Positions 36,252 to 50,862 of a stretch of 64,000 bases of DNA are shown here, one piece after another; position 1 is the stretch's first letter, and each line of letters starts with the position of its first letter. Source of the DNA: Basidiobolus meristosporus CBS 931.73 (lineage: Eukaryota; Fungi; Basidiobolomycota); NCBI GenBank assembly GCA_002104905.1, contig MCFE01000195.1, positions 1 through 64,000 on the forward strand. Reading direction: 5' to 3'. The translations under genes and the position numbers were made by a program. The notes beneath the pieces are model-generated. The model was given only the letters and a program-made list of their open reading frames with translations. It had not been told where the DNA came from and did not search any database.

Positions 36252-36528
36252 TCATTGGAGACGGACGGATGCGATATTTATTTTCATTTCATTCAATAGA
36301 TCCTAGTATATTTACTGGTCTGTATGATAGCAATCGTACAGGAAATCTCGTTAGGGCTTCCCTTTATATGGCCCCGGTAAGAGTCCAATAAATTCAATTC
36401 GGCATATACGCAGATGTGAGGTTCGCTTTTTACATACAAGTATCAATACCATCGAATGAAGTCGACGGTTAGGTCTAGGCAAATAATGAACATCTCCCTG
36501 CTTTATTTTGATAAATACATGGCAGAGG

Positions 36529-39500
36529 CTAGACACGCAGAGCCCAAGGCTTCTCCCCTTCATTGCACTCAATCTTGGAGAGGGTGGCGAGCCTATCAAC
36601 ACACGACATACGTATCTTTTCAGCCGTCGCAGGGTGCGGAAGGGTAAATGTCTCCGAGATTCCATTCTCCTTTCGGGCTGCAGATACCGCATCTCGAATG
36701 GCAAAATAGACGGCGGCGCCTAGGAACAGTGGTGGCTCACCAATGCCCTTGCTTCCGTGGATAGTCTTCAGCTGCTTATATTCGACCCCGTCCAGCAAGT
36801 CAACCCGGAATCTTTGAGGGATGTCACGGAAACCAGGGATTTTATATGTTCCAGGGCCGCGTGTAAAAAGCATGCCGTTGGGGAAGAAGAGAGTCTCTTC
36901 TAAAGTAGACCAGCCTACACCCTGTAGCCAAGCCCCTTCAACCTGGCCAAGATCAATGGAATAATTCAGGGATTTGCCAATATCCATCAGAATGTCGGTG
37001 CTAAGAATAGTGTGGTCACCAGTGAGTACGTCGATTTCAACTTCAGACACCGCAACACCAAGGGTGTAATAGAAATACATCATCCCTTCGTTGGACTCCC
37101 AATCGTGGCAAATATCCGGGGTTTTGTAGAAGCCATTGGCTGAGAGATTGACGCGATCTAAGTATGCAGCTTTTGCAAGCTCTCCGATACTAGCACCAGG
37201 CATCTTTTCACGGTAGGGCTTCAACTTCTCGACAATCTTTTCACAAGCAGCTTTGACAGCCTGTCCATTAAGGTCGGAGCCCGACGACGCAGCTGTTGAG
37301 CTTGTGTTTGCAACGGTGTTGGTGGCAGTCTCGTTGATGTGTATCTTCTCCATCGGCACATTTAGTGTTTCCGCGGCAATCTGGACCATTTTGGTGTGGA
37401 TACCCTGCCCCATCTCAATGCCTCCATGGGTTAGAAGTACGGATCCATCAGTGTACAGATGCACCAGAGCGCCTGCTTGATTGAGATGTATGATATTAAA
37501 TGAGATCCCAAATTTCGTGGGGATCAATGCAAGTCCTCTTTTTTTGTACGTGTGAGTCTGGTTAAAGGTGTCGATGGCATGGCGTCTAGTGTCGTACTCA
37601 GTACTCTCTTTGATCCTCTTCCACATCATTGGGATGTACCAGTCGGTAAGTGCTTGATTGTAGTGCGTCAACTGGCCTTCGGCGTATAGGTTGATCTCGC
37701 GGAGCTCCAATGAGGTGATGCCAAGCTTTTCGGAAACCTCCTCCATCCAATTTTCACAAATCAGCATCGCTTGAGGCGCTCCAAACCCTCGGAACGCGGT
37801 ATTGGAATGAATGTTTGTTATGCATCCCCGACCTACTACATTAATACTTGGTATCCAATAACAGTTGTCACAATGTGTGATAGCCCGCTCAACAACTGCC
37901 AATGTTAGATCGGCAGAGTACCCTCCATTAGCATAGAGCTCAAGATCTAGAGCCTGTAGCTTGCCATCCCTGTTTACCCCTACTTTCCACTTGCCCAGGA
38001 AAGAATGTCTTTGTCCAGAAAGTAGCATATCCTCCTCTCGGTCTAGCATACAACGGACTGGTTTTCCGAGGTGGTAGGCTGCAACGGCGAGTGGAGCAGA
38101 TAGCATAATGCATCGAGTCTCTTTGCCTCCAAATCCGCCACCTAGTCGTTTGGCTTTTGCCACTATTCTGTTCTGGGGCCAATCCAAAACTTCAGCAATA
38201 ATATGTTGGGTTTCGGTAATGTTCTGAGTACTACTGAACACTTCCATTTCGTTTTCCCCTTTCGGAACGACTATACATGCGTGTGTTTCAAGATAGAAAT
38301 GCTCCTGACCACCAACTCTACTTTCGCCCTCGAAAACGAAGTCGCAACTTTCAAACGCTGTCTGAACGTCTCCACGCGTAAGCTGTTGTACCTTCGAATG
38401 CAGGGATCCTTGCTCAATAGCTTCCTCGATGGTGAGAATATGCGGTAGTTCTTCGTATTCAATTTGGACCAATCTGGCTCCAGCTTGGGCTTCCGCCTGA
38501 GTATGAGCGACAATGATTCCTATGACTTGCCCCAAGAAAAATACCTCGTCAGTCGCGAAGACCTTTTCGTCTTTGAATACTGGGCCCCAAGCGTTTGTGC
38601 CAGGAACATCCTCTGCGGAAAAGTAGGCCACAACCCCCTCTGACTCTAGGGCAGCCGTAGTATTAACACTAAGTATTTTCGCATGTGCCTTCTTTGAAGT
38701 AACCAGGGCTCCATACAATTCACCATTGTATGCGGGCATATCGTCTATATAATTTGCCTCACCAGTTACTTGTTTAAGTGCGCTCAAATGTGCCACTCCC
38801 TTTCCAACAACATTCTCGGGACGAGTAGGGAGTGACTGTACAGCTTGAGAGACCTCTCTTTCAATATCATCCATTTCACTGGCATTTTTGGCCTCCAAAG
38901 TGTTTAATCCTAATTTGCTGGAAACGTTGCACCAAAATTTGTAGAAGAAACTAGCTGCTAGTGTTCTGCGATACTCTGCCATTCCACCGGGCGACGAATA
39001 TTGAATAGGAAGATCCACAGTAAGATTCTTTATCACCTCTAGGAAATCGTGGCGATGGCCCCACTCTTTTCCTATGAGGTATTTCATGGCCGACTTCGCC
39101 TGCAAGGTTGTAGGTCCCATACCACCAAATGCAAGTATTATATCCTGAACAATGGGTTTACCCCCTTGCTTCTCAAACTTTACACGGAAACCTCCGTTAA
39201 CGATGGCAATATCGTCGTCTTTCCTTTTTGCTTGCTTAAATGCTTGAGCATACTCGCACTCCGTAGTGAATGGAATAAACACTGAAATAACCACTTCTTC
39301 GGAGTGAAGCATCGTCTTACGGTAACCAAGAAAGAATTCGGTCATTTTGATGGAACGGGGCCCACCATCCTTTGAACCAACAACCACAGTTGCGCAAGAA
39401 GAAACAAAAACTGGGTTGAGATCGGATATGGGTGATGCAGTAACAATATTTCCACCAATGGTCCCGACATTTCGGATCTGATGACCCGCAAACCATCGCA

Positions 39501-40652
39501 GATTAGTCAAGAACGCCTGGAAATTTTCGGTGGCCTTTGGCTCACATTTCTGAACTGCATTCTTGAGTTCATTTTCGAATGTTGAAAGGGTAACATTGGC
39601 CCCAAATGTGATTCCACTTGCGCTGTACTCCACTTTCCTCAGTTCTTTGATATCGCTCACATATATCATCACCGGATAACAAACTTGTTTGAACTTCGTT
39701 TCAACACCGACCTCAGTATTTCCTGCTACGATCTTTGCATCGGAATACTCGGCTTTGAGTCGAAGAAGCTCGTCCAATTCTAATGGTCGATACCATTTGT
39801 GCTTCTGGCTTGTGAAGGCCAATGGCTGAAGACTACTTCTAGTTGCTTTGTCCCCAAGCAAATACTTTACTAAGCCGGGTGGAAAGATGATTTCCTGGGA
39901 AGGCTCATATTTCTTGATCTGCACTTTCTCGAACTTCTCCGTATCGACCGCAAAATTCACCTTCTCGTAAGGAGCCATTTTTCCTTGGCAACATCCGCCA
40001 CTATTGCTGCGCATGTCATCTGAGTTGTTGCTTTCCGAGCATCTCGTATCACTCTGACAGCAGTCTCCAGCATTACTTCGGCAGCATCCACCGGCTGGGG
40101 TAGCGAATGTTTTGGCTGCGTCCAGAATAGGGCGATATCCTGTACACCGACATAAATTTCCATCGAAGGTCTCCTCAATCTCCTGCTCAGTTGGATTTGG
40201 GTTGTTTCGGAGTAAAGCGTAAAGCGACATGGCAATCCCCGGTGTACAAAACCCGCACTGGGAGCCATGTGCAAGACCAATTCTCTCTTGAACTGGGTGA
40301 GGATTTTTGGAGTTTCCAATCCCCTCAATGGTAATGACATGTTTGCCATCCATTGCACATAGTGGAGCTAGGCAGGCATTTGCAGAGGCGTGGAAGATTT
40401 TTCCAGTTTCCAGGTCATAAGAGGAGAGCAAAACCGTGCAGGCGCCTTGGATTCGGACAGGACTGATTATTACAAAGAAACAGTGTCCATATGATAAGCA
40501 CACATACCGCAACCACCTTCCCCACAGCCAAGCTTAGTACCGGTCAGTCCGATACTACGCAGGTATTGCAACAGAGTCACAGCTGGATCGGGGTTTTCAA
40601 TCTTAATTAGCGAGCCGTTCACGTAGAATGTAAGGATGTTCGAGTATTTCAT
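36529..40652 (-). CDS. xdh: Xanthine dehydrogenase/oxidase (2Fe-2S, FAD and molybdopterin domains), 2 exons
   Basis: GTKLGCGEGGCG|ACTV, HGSQCGFCTPG, GNLCRCTGYRPI, RLGGGFGGKE, AFRGFGAPQ, TAASSGSDLNG, SKGIGEPP; one intron at ~40506-40447. Confidence 0.97.
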
Positions 40653-42063
40653 GGTGTGATTATATTATTCAATTGTATTCTTGAGAATGACCATAGAGTT
40701 TGATATGGGATTTGAAACAAAAATTCATAAGCAGCTCGTGGATGGACTAGTCAGTATTTATACTTGATGTGCATGTATACAACCAAGGCATTGGTAGGTA
40801 GTCGGTATTCAATGGGACATAGCCAATCATCACCGTTAGAGACCTGAAGACCCGCTTTGTGTTTTATCCATGATTTGCAAACCGGCAGAATGACCTGTCT
40901 GACAATATACCTCAGTTAGACATCCCGCAGTATTTCTTCCCAACTAATTGGCTATTTTGCTTGAGAAGGAGTTTATTATTTGATAACGGCGTAACCCTAG
41001 TACGTAGTTCAACATCAAGGGTGGCAGAAAATCCAAGCCACTAGTGGTTGAAGTGTTACGATTATGCAACAAGTTCAAGCCTGGGGAAATTTACTGGGGC
41101 TTGAAGCATAAGTTTAGGTAAAATTGGGTGTTTGTTGCCAATAATTCAAAAATGCGGATTTGCATCATGTATGACAGATACCTTCGGGGCCTTGGCCGGT
41201 GACAATACTCTTTAATGACTCAGTAGGCTTGTTTTAGCATTACTGTTGATAGCGAATTAGTCAAAGCCATTTCCTTTGATGAAGCTTAATTCTCATATGG
41301 TCTCACCAAGTCTGCGATATCGACATTGGCCTCTGGTGTTTGACGTAATACATGATCAGCCCCAAGATATCCCCTAAGCCTACTCCAACACTGGCAACAT
41401 GGAAATAATGTGTCGGAAACAAAAAGTCTTCACAAGTGACCCATAAAAACATGCTTAAACCGTTAACTTTAAGCCACATGTTTAACTTGGATACAGGTTA
41501 ATCATCTATATTTATAGAGAGAGAGCAAAGCAACCCAAAAGAGCAACTGCTTATCCCAATGAATACACAATGATCAGTGTCGACAGTGCATAAATGATTC
41601 GTTATCGGTTTTTCCATTGCCTCAGAATTCAATAATTGCGCATGGATATGTATGATCACAATCTAATACAATACCAATTTAAGGAATAGGTGGACGATTG
41701 ATTGGTCATAGATCAAGGGAAATTACAAGGAACCAGTTTCATTCAATAAATATACCCTACTGTATTAAGGGGTACCACGGATTATTTATATTAGAGGGCT
41801 TAGCGAGGTGACTCAATACAATTCCATTTTATGAATGTCGCCTGGAACACAGTGAATATCCAAATGCAACCTTGAAATGGAGGATTCTATTAGTATGCCC
41901 ATGTTGCTATCACCTCTGTGCGACATTGTGTTCATCAGCTCGAAGCTCTTGATTAGTGGGCCATTTATTTAAATTCATCTTTGGCATTTTCCGGTAACAA
42001 TTAGCTCCTTGACTCTTCATTTCCATCTGCTGCGTTCGCAAGTAATCCCTACTACATACAATC

Positions 42064-42682
42064 ATGAGAGGAACTTTGGAAGTAACAGTTGGTTGGTTCC
42101 TTTTCTGTCTTGATTGAGGAAATATGCCTTTGATTCAAATGGTTAAATATGCTCATTAGTTTCTGCCCGGGAGCTTCGTAACGTGGAAACGTTTGGTATG
42201 TATGCCTAGCTTTCTTTCCCTCATTCTGGATACTAACCACGCTGATTGGCAACGGAACAACAGGCAAGGTTGACCCTTTTGTTATTCTAACTGTAGATAA
42301 GAAGCACAGCCATAAGACTCAGGTTGTCAAGAACTCACGCGCTCCTAACTGGCAAGAGCACTTTTCATTGTAAGCAGATAGTAATCAATCGTCAACCATG
42401 TGCCGTGTATTCACTATTTTTTGAAGCGACGTGCCCGATGGCTACACCAACCTTCATCTTGAATGCTATGATTATGACTATTTGAAAGCCAACGACTTCA
42501 TCGGTAAGATATAATGGGGCCTTTGTTCGAGAGAGTCTGAACTAACCCGCTTTGCAGGTGCCGTAACCATTCCACTTACCCCCGCCATGAACCAAGGATC
42601 TCACGATTCTTGGTATCCATTACTGACTAAACACGGCAAACCTGCTGGAGATATTTACATTGAAATGGATTTCAAACGGTAA
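42064..42682 (+). CDS. Small stand-alone C2-domain protein, 5 exons (missed by the ORF track)
   Basis: Manually spliced: MRGTLEVTV|VSARELRNVETF|GKVDPFVILTVDKKHSHKTQVVKNSRAPNWQEHFS|FDV...ECYDYDYLKANDFI|GAVTIPL...WYPLLTKHGKPAGDIYIEMDFKR*. Confidence 0.8.
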
Positions 42683-44093
42683 ATAAATCTCTACTGAAAA
42701 TGCTCTACAACTTGAATTGCAATGAGAGGTGGCGGATCACAACCGATCTCACTATCTAATGTACTCGTCATGTAAGTATCATGCTGGAGGGCTTGTGGTA
42801 ATAGCCCTATTCAATGTATATCCTGTACCATGTGGGGCATCTTGACTTGTCTGAAACAGTGACAATGTTAAGGTTATCAGAGTAACTTACATTCAAGATT
42901 GTTGAGTGACCAGTTTTGTCATTTCTGGCTAAGATTTAGTCGAAGTAATTGTTGATGCGGCCAATGGCTCAATCTATGGCTGATTAGAGGATGGCTGTTT
43001 GTGACTACAATGCCCCACCACAGTGATGAATCTAGAGCCAACCATATAGGTGCCCTACTGGAATGAAACGAGCTAGGATAGATGCCTCTTCCAGAATCAA
43101 CGATTCAGGAGTAACCTGATTGGAACTGAATAAAATCAGCACTTCATGCTGTTGCTCTATTCAGGAATCGGAATTTAGGAGAATTGTAAAGGTGATGCGG
43201 CTGCACACGAGTTGATTGGCTCCCAAGACAGCAAATTGCACCACGTTATTCGCGCTGCTAGATCATCGCTATTTATTCCATAATGGAGCACAATATCAAG
43301 AACTTCCCAACATATTGTAGACCTATTCGTCAATGAACACTTGCCCATACTGATGTATAATATAGCATGTATAAAGATACACAGAGATTACTCGCCCTTT
43401 TACGCATAAATCCCTGTTGCTTGGCCATAAGATGGGCTTCGCTAGAACTTCGTTTGGGTTGAGAGGTCCAGCGTTCGAACAGCTATTCAAGCTGGGCTGT
43501 ATTTCCAACACTTTCCAAAGCTGAATGCGCTCATGACCAATGAATCAAGATTCGGATGATTTTTTTTGGAATTCCAAAGGTTACTATATAGGTCGGCACT
43601 GACCAAACGTAACTCTTGGTGTTACACTCAAATCAAAATAGACACTGCGAAAATCAATATTCGGGATGCCTCCGATCAAGGAATCGGGCTGAGTTCTAGG
43701 TCATGATATTCAATTCCACTAGATTGAGGCCAATTAGTAGATCAAGAAAGGGATTCACATTGATTTATGCCAATCATTACGAATCACATGGGCACACCAA
43801 TATCATCCCGATCCAATCAAGTGGTACTTGAAGTTGGCATGTACCATTTTAGAAAACGTGGAGTGGCTTTACTCCAGTCGAACCAGAGATATGAGGCGAT
43901 TCTTCGCAGTGTTAGACTCTAGTCTTCACCTTTCTGAAGGCAATGGAATCTGCACGATTCGGGTCCTGGATTAAAAAGAAATCTTTACAAACTGATAAAG
44001 AAAGAATCGCCTTGGCTAACAAGTATAAATACTCCCACACAATATGCTGTGAACTTCATCAATTCAGCAAACACTCAGCCTTGCTAAATAACC

Positions 44094-44639
44094 ATGGTTA
44101 AATTCTCCACTATTGTGTGCTTGGTAGCCGCCACATTATTCTCTGGTGCTAACTTAGTCGCTCTTGCCGTTCCAGTTGAAAGTACTACGGCCTCCGTTGG
44201 GGCTCCCGCTGTGAACCAAACAGAACCTGCCTTAGCAAAGAGCAAGTTCGATGCTGCCACCAAGCTGTACTCGTGCTCGCGCCAGTTCCGCTTTAACAAT
44301 GGCCAATGTACCGATTGGGCAGATGCTCGCTACTATGAATTGACATGCTGGCATACCCAGTGGTGGGGCGATGCCCGTACATGGGCTAACAAAGCCCGCC
44401 AATACAATGGCTGGGTGGTCTCCAACAGGCCAAGAGTCCCTTCAATAATTGTTATCCAACCAGGCTATCAGGGGTGCGGTGCGCCAGGTCACGTTGCTGT
44501 TGTTGAGCGCATCAACAATGATGGAAGTGTCTATACAAGCAACTGGAATTATCGCTGGAACGGATATGGGGGAGTATACAAAACTTCCTATGGCAACTTC
44601 CGCCCAGGAAATGGTGTCCAATTCATCTGGCATCAATAG
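44094..44639 (+). CDS. Secreted CHAP-domain (cysteine/histidine amidohydrolase) protein, putative peptidoglycan hydrolase
   Basis: Signal peptide; GQCTDWA (catalytic Cys), WGDARTW, GHVAVVE (catalytic His), SNWNY; intronless. Confidence 0.88.
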   Translation: MVKFSTIVCLVAATLFSGANLVALAVPVESTTASVGAPAVNQTEPALAKSKFDAATKLYSCSRQFRFNNGQCTDWADARYYELTCWHTQWWGDARTWANKARQYNGWVVSNRPRVPSIIVIQPGYQGCGAPGHVAVVERINNDGSVYTSNWNYRWNGYGGVYKTSYGNFRPGNGVQFIWHQ

Positions 44640-46181
44640 GTCACTGTTGTCTGAATGCCATATACCTGCTGTGCAGTAAAATAGAACCCACCCCTTAAAA
44701 TTTAGCCTTTAGCAAAAACGTTTGTTTCAAACCATAAAAACAGAATGGCCCGCAAAATAAATAAATTCGTTACCAGCCATTTGTTGATTTCTACCCTATA
44801 GTGTTGCATTGAGACTGGATATATTAAGCTTGAGTATGTTGGCAGCGACAGGGATAAATTTCCGCCAGTGGCATGCTGCTCTACACCAATGGCTTGATGC
44901 GAATTGCCTTTTTGAATCCGGGTTTCTAGAGCTGGACCTGGTTTCGTTGATTGGATGTTGGCGAATACGTTCATCACCCACGATTTATATCGAATTCAAG
45001 AAAGCTTGAGCCAGAAGTCCGTGTATGGATTGAAAATTTCGATATATATTGATCGTTGGAAATCGGTATTATCACCGATATCGATGGATTCAAACGGCAA
45101 CTTCCGTACTTGGTTCAGTTGATATGCCTCACCAATACATATATGGCTGTCGAAGGATACCTGAGTTAGAGCTGTAATAGAAATTCCATTGTAGTATTTC
45201 ATTCGACAGTGGCCTTATTTCGCTGGAATTGTAATGGACTGTCCCTACAACGGCTAACAATTTATATCCTGAGCATTTCTGGCCTATCGCGCCGCATGTG
45301 CTTGGCCAACACTTTGTTGAAGACAACACAAAGAGGAGTCGAGGCCTATCCGAATGAGTAGATCATTGACATAACGACATTCGAGCTCAGGGTTTCGGAA
45401 AGACGACGTGATGAAGCTGGAGTGCGCATATCGTAGCAACCCACTGAGCCGACCCTTCTCTGTGAACTTTCCGCATTTTGAAAATTCTCCCACTATTTTT
45501 AGAATATAATATACAGTAACACCTATTCCACGTTACCCATATAGGTTCATAGACGCAAGTGTGCCACCATACGCGGTCGAGCGTCTCTGCATTTAGTCGA
45601 TGTAAACATTAACCGTACCCGATCTAATGAGGGTTTCAAGCTACAAGATCTAGCAAAGAAGCTTCTTCTGATACACGAAAAACGAAGTCGGTGAGTGTAC
45701 TTGGGCATTCAACCAAGAGTGATTTTTGTCGGTCACTTGAGCCACGAAGCATGCACTCATACCCAGATTATAGATTTGGTGATGGTCGAGCCAAATTCAG
45801 CTAGTTTTAATGTAGAGATGCTGGTTTACTATATCTGGTCTTCAGGTAGTTAGTGTTGAGTGGTCGTGGATTTTGTTTGAGATGGCCGCGGGAAATCTGA
45901 ATGCGGTTGGCAGCAATCTCATTTGAAAATTTGTTGTTGATGACACGCTTTGATTGATAAAACATCGAGTTCCATACTATTTTGCAAGCGCGTATAAAAA
46001 AATCCAATCCATAAGCACAGTCAGAGTAGGCAAAGACTGTTCACGGCAGCATCAAAACCCTCGCATCATAGTATTAGTCCAAATATACCCGTGTCGATTA
46101 TATTTTCGCGTGCTTCGAAATATCCTAGTCCGTATAGAGAGGTACGGACGTTGGTATTTTCTTGTGTCACAGAGTGTTGAC

Positions 46182-48971
46182 ATGCTAAATCCAGCTTATA
46201 CGCGTTTTGAAGATGTACTCCAAAGGTTGCCTATTTACTGCTTTCTTCATCCACACAACATGCCTCAAGTTTCTTATTCATTCCACTGACGCCAGAAATC
46301 CTTGAAAAATATAATTCCGAGCCTCCATCATTCGTTCTCCACATTTATCCATCCCATTTCAAATTCGAGAAACAGGTAGCTATTTCCCTTTTTTGCCGTA
46401 TACCTTAACCACGAACGTGTATTCACAAGGCATGCATTTTCAAGGATGGGGTGTTTTTGTTTACCAGCTCTACCAAGGTACGAGTGCAGCTGGATCTTTT
46501 CTGACCAGTAATTGACATATTTCGGTGGTGGTAGAGTTTCTTGGATCACTTGAACAACTTTGAAATACCCCCCGAATTTCTTGATGTGTTTGACGAAGCT
46601 CATTGCCCCTACTATGAAGGTAAATACAACACTCCAGCCACAGAGAAGATCTAATAAATAGGTATTATGTAGGCTGCATAATAGCTGAGATTCATGATCA
46701 CCGCCCAATTCGCGCGCAGGCAGAGTTGACCTCAGATATACGAGTGGAAGTATACAAAATAGTTCTGCACCCGACCTCTGAGACGATCTGGGCTGATTTA
46801 TGCTTAATGAACGAAATGCGTGATGCCGTCTGGAGCGAAGATTTCTCTCTGCAAGTCGAGTCTAAGATATTGGTGGGTTGGCGTGTATATACCGTTGATA
46901 AACCTCGATGTACTAAATATTTTTAGCTTGCCACCGAGGCTCCGCTCTGTTTAGACCCCTCTTTTCAGGTCACTCGTATTAGTAATACTTTATGCTATGG
47001 CAAATCCAAACCCCGGACAAGAAGAAAAAAGCGTCGACCGAGGATCCATGACGAAGTCACGAATGAAGTTGCTGAAAGGGAAGAGTATACCAGATTGTTG
47101 ATGATGATGGATGAGGTATGATAACTGGGACTTATAATAACCTAGCAATGCGTTAAGCATGATTTTCTCGTGCATGAACCTATCTAGCGCTACCAGCGAA
47201 ACTTTCAACCTTCGTAAGTGGTCCCTATTCTAACCGTATCTACGATACCCCGAGGTGACCGAGATATTTCTTAAAACAGGTTCAGTCGGATGTCGTTTGT
47301 TCAAGATTGGCGAAAGAGGAAGGCTACGATGGACGCGGAGCCAGCTTTCGGGTTAACTGAAACGATATCTAGAGGTAGAACATGGGTGAAGTATCATCAG
47401 GCTTTCTGGTTATTAAAGTTCGTAATGCAAAGACAAGCGGCTCGATATGTCTGCGGCTCTCAATAGGTATCAGATTGTTAGAACACTTCGATTCGAAAGT
47501 GAGACTGGTGGGAGTAAGTACTTGTCCATATCTCTTCTGCATGCTAAAAACAAGACTAATTTCGAGTGCTAAGGAAAAACATATACCTTGCTCAATGTCT
47601 ATCATGATCCAACCACGTCACATTATGAAGGCATGCTGCGTAGCGGCCGCACGCTAGACACCAGCCTTGAGGGAAATACAACGAAGTAAGAGATCCCTAA
47701 TAATGCTTTCGCTTACCTTGGCGATTGTAAGCCAACACGACTTTAGATTTTACATAGGTCCGAAGGATGTTTTAGAGGATTATATTAGCAATGTTAAAAA
47801 AATATATGGCCTTGATAACAAGCTTATCAGCGATCACTCCATTTACACCCATAATACTGCACAAAGAACACAAACACGTCAGGGTCCATCCCCTGACGCA
47901 CTGACTTCAGTACAAACCAGTACTTTGACCGAACCATCACCAGCTCAAAACCACATTCTAGCACGATCTCATAGTGCGGCCAGGATGTCCAGCCTCTCAC
48001 AGCCGAACACACAGCCATCATTACAAACTGCGACACATGGGAATAACCCAGGACAGGCTCAAATCAACCCTCACTCTACCAGCCATGTAACTTCATCAAC
48101 AGCACCTACTACTTCCTTACGCACAGAAAGCAGAGTCCAGACCAATCTCGAGACATCCGCTCAGTCTAGCATAGCACAAGTGCTCGGCGCAATGAGCTTA
48201 CAGCAAATCGCACTGAACGGAAATCCTGCTACCCTTCAAAGTCTTAGTGAATTAACCCCACAGCAGATGAATCATTTGAAGCTTCAATTGTTAAGGAAAA
48301 AGCAACTACTAATGCAGAGGCAAATGCAACAACAGCAGAACGGGCTAAATCTGTCCTCAACCCATCAGGCCCAACAGCAAACTCGATCGGTACAACAAAC
48401 GTTCGGAAGAGCTCCAATGTCTCAATATCCAGCGCTGACGACTACCTCGGCATCGTTAGCTGCTCAAACTAAATCATTATCATCCGAAACTCCAGCCTCG
48501 CTTCAAAGCGCTGCGACTAGACAATTTCCTTTGAAGGTACGTACCACCAATGCCTCTGAATGATGCTCTTTGACTTGAAGGTAAATAACCAACAGTACTG
48601 TTGTTAGACTACCAATCCCGCTCTTCAGGGGCAGAGTGTCGCCTTGTCGAACGGAGGTAAGTTGGGTTATCTTGTATTGCTTGAGCAGCCCTTAATCCTT
48701 TCAAGAAGTTTCACCACAAATGCTCGCCACTATTGCACAGCAAAGAACCCAGCTGTTGCTACAACAGCAGCTTCGTCAACAGCTACTGGCAAGTGAGAGA
48801 AACATCAACCCAGCTAACCTATCCGCCACCGGGATCCCCAACTCCCTTGGTACGAATCGGCAAGGAAGACCTCACCACGTTTCATCTGTACAAAAAGGCC
48901 AGGGTGGGCTACCTATCCTGAAGACGGCCTATGGTAATGCCAAAAAAGGAGGGATAGGTCGAGGGAAGTAA
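46182..48971 (+). CDS. SPT20: SAGA complex subunit Spt20-like protein, multi-exon, Q-rich C-terminus
   Basis: ILEKY..EPPSFVLHIYPSHFKFEKQ; EGCIIAEIHDHR; VLHPTSETIWADL; LATEAPLCLDP; poly-Q tail in ORFs 47667-48563 and 48720-48971. Termini approximate. Confidence 0.8.
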
Positions 48972-49449
48972 CGACTACCAGCTGCCATCGATTTTTTCGT
49001 TTCAGAATACTCCAAGCAACATCAAGTGACTGATGATTCCGGCTGACCAGTTACCAGCTCGACAACGCTCTGGAGTTATCCCACAACCTTGTATATATAA
49101 TTTATTCTAATTAAATTATACACCGTCTCGACCACCACAAATACTGCTCATCATTTATGCTTCATACCCATGCACAATATAGCCACATGTCTCCGACAAG
49201 CTGATGCTGATGTACGGACAAATAAATAAATATCGCAACGCCACAAAGATAATATGCTTCATCCACGACCCCAAATGAAAGAAGGTAGCCATAAGATGTA
49301 CGGGCAGGTTACCGTCTATGCTGAATTTATGTCAAAGAAACCACTGACGCTATAAAACAGAGCAGAGGTATGGTGAGGAAACGGTGTGGTCAGTTTAGCC
49401 AGGTGACATCTATTGGGGAGAACGACTGACACTAAGGCGCCAGCAATTT

Positions 49450-50389
49450 TCACTTGTCCTTTCTGCATTTCGATGGATAAGGGCTATATCGCTCATGGTT
49501 GGTGGCCGTGGCTTTACTCCCATTTTTCAGAGGGCTTTTGACTTTCCCCGATGTGCTGGCTGGCTCCTTGGCCGCTTGATTCATTTCCGTTAGCTTCTTC
49601 TCCATGGCCTGGATTTTACTTTCCAGACTAAGATGCCGAGGTTAGCGGGCGGATACGTGAGAGGATCGACATTTGATGCTTTACCTTGCGTTGGCTAGTG
49701 ACTTCGTCTTCAATAGGTGAGCGTTTCGGAATTGATAACTCCCAGACTTGTTGGGATTTGTCATAGCCTGAGGTCAGAACAAAAAGTTCGATTCTATTCA
49801 GCTTGTGTGGGCACATTGTAAGCGTATTCAAAGGCTACTAACAGAGCGGGACAAGTTCACCACCAAAGGGCGTCCTCTAAGTCTCTTTGAATTTAATTCT
49901 GAAATTGCTTTCATGGCCTCCTATTATTGGGGTTGCAGTCAGCTATGATAGTTTTGACGATCTGGAATACCCCTGTCTCTACCTCGCGTTTGCTGTACTC
50001 GACGAAGCAATAGCCTCGGGGTTGTCCCTGTAATGGTCCAGCCGTATGAAAAAGAAAGTCCAAGCCCGTGATCTTCCCATATTTCTGAAACAGTTGAGAT
50101 ATGATAAATCTAGCGTGGGAAATAACGGTAATGCTGATGAGTAGGAAAGTAAATCTAACGGCTCCACATGGTGCAGCGAAGGCGTTTTCCATGGCTGGAT
50201 CACAGTTATGTGAATGATGGGAAAGATTTCTTACTCGTCAACTGTGGGATCAAGATTCCCAACAAAAACGCGTCGACTTTGCTCTTCTGGAGTCTTCGTG
50301 CTCTAACAAGATTGGTAGATGGATGAGCTTGTTTATTCACAGTCATAAGACAGAACGATAACGATTACCACAGGACGACTGATTGACAT
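49450..50389 (-). CDS. RBM18-like RRM RNA-binding protein, spliced
   Basis: RRVFVGNLDPTVDE|...LFQKYGKITGLDFLFHTAGPLQGQPRGYCFVEY; C-terminal SLESKIQAMEKKL. Confidence 0.8.
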
Positions 50390-50862
50390 GATCAACCTGG
50401 AAGGGATACACTGGCTAGCAAGGCTTTGGTTAATAATAACAGTCGTACTATCAATGTCTATTTCCCATTCGGTCGTTGCGACTCAACTCCTTATTTTTAG
50501 TGATTTCCCAGGATCATCATATCATATTTCTCTCTTCAGATCCTAGCGTACTTTCTAGTTAATTCATGTACCTGATTATCCAGATCTTGCTTGATCCTAA
50601 AGATGAAGTCAGTGGTGTGATTTCCAATCCATTGCCACTTCATACAGAGCCTACCAATAAAAACACTGATCAGTTTCATCAATGACACGTGACGGGGGGA
50701 GCGTCCATTTTTTCGAATTGGGTATTTTTTTTCTAAGGAAATTTGGTGAAAACAATCGAGATTGGTCAAACATGTTCAAGGGAGATGAATATTAGTCCAC
50801 ACTGTTCTCAATCTGTGACCACTAAATTTTTAGCACCTTCTGTCGAACCGCTCCTTATCGAC

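Noticed and set aside
37253-40358. Short + and - strand ORFs overlapping xanthine dehydrogenase (and similar ORFs over other genes)
   Set aside because: Antisense or alternate-frame shadows of long coding sequences, with no motifs
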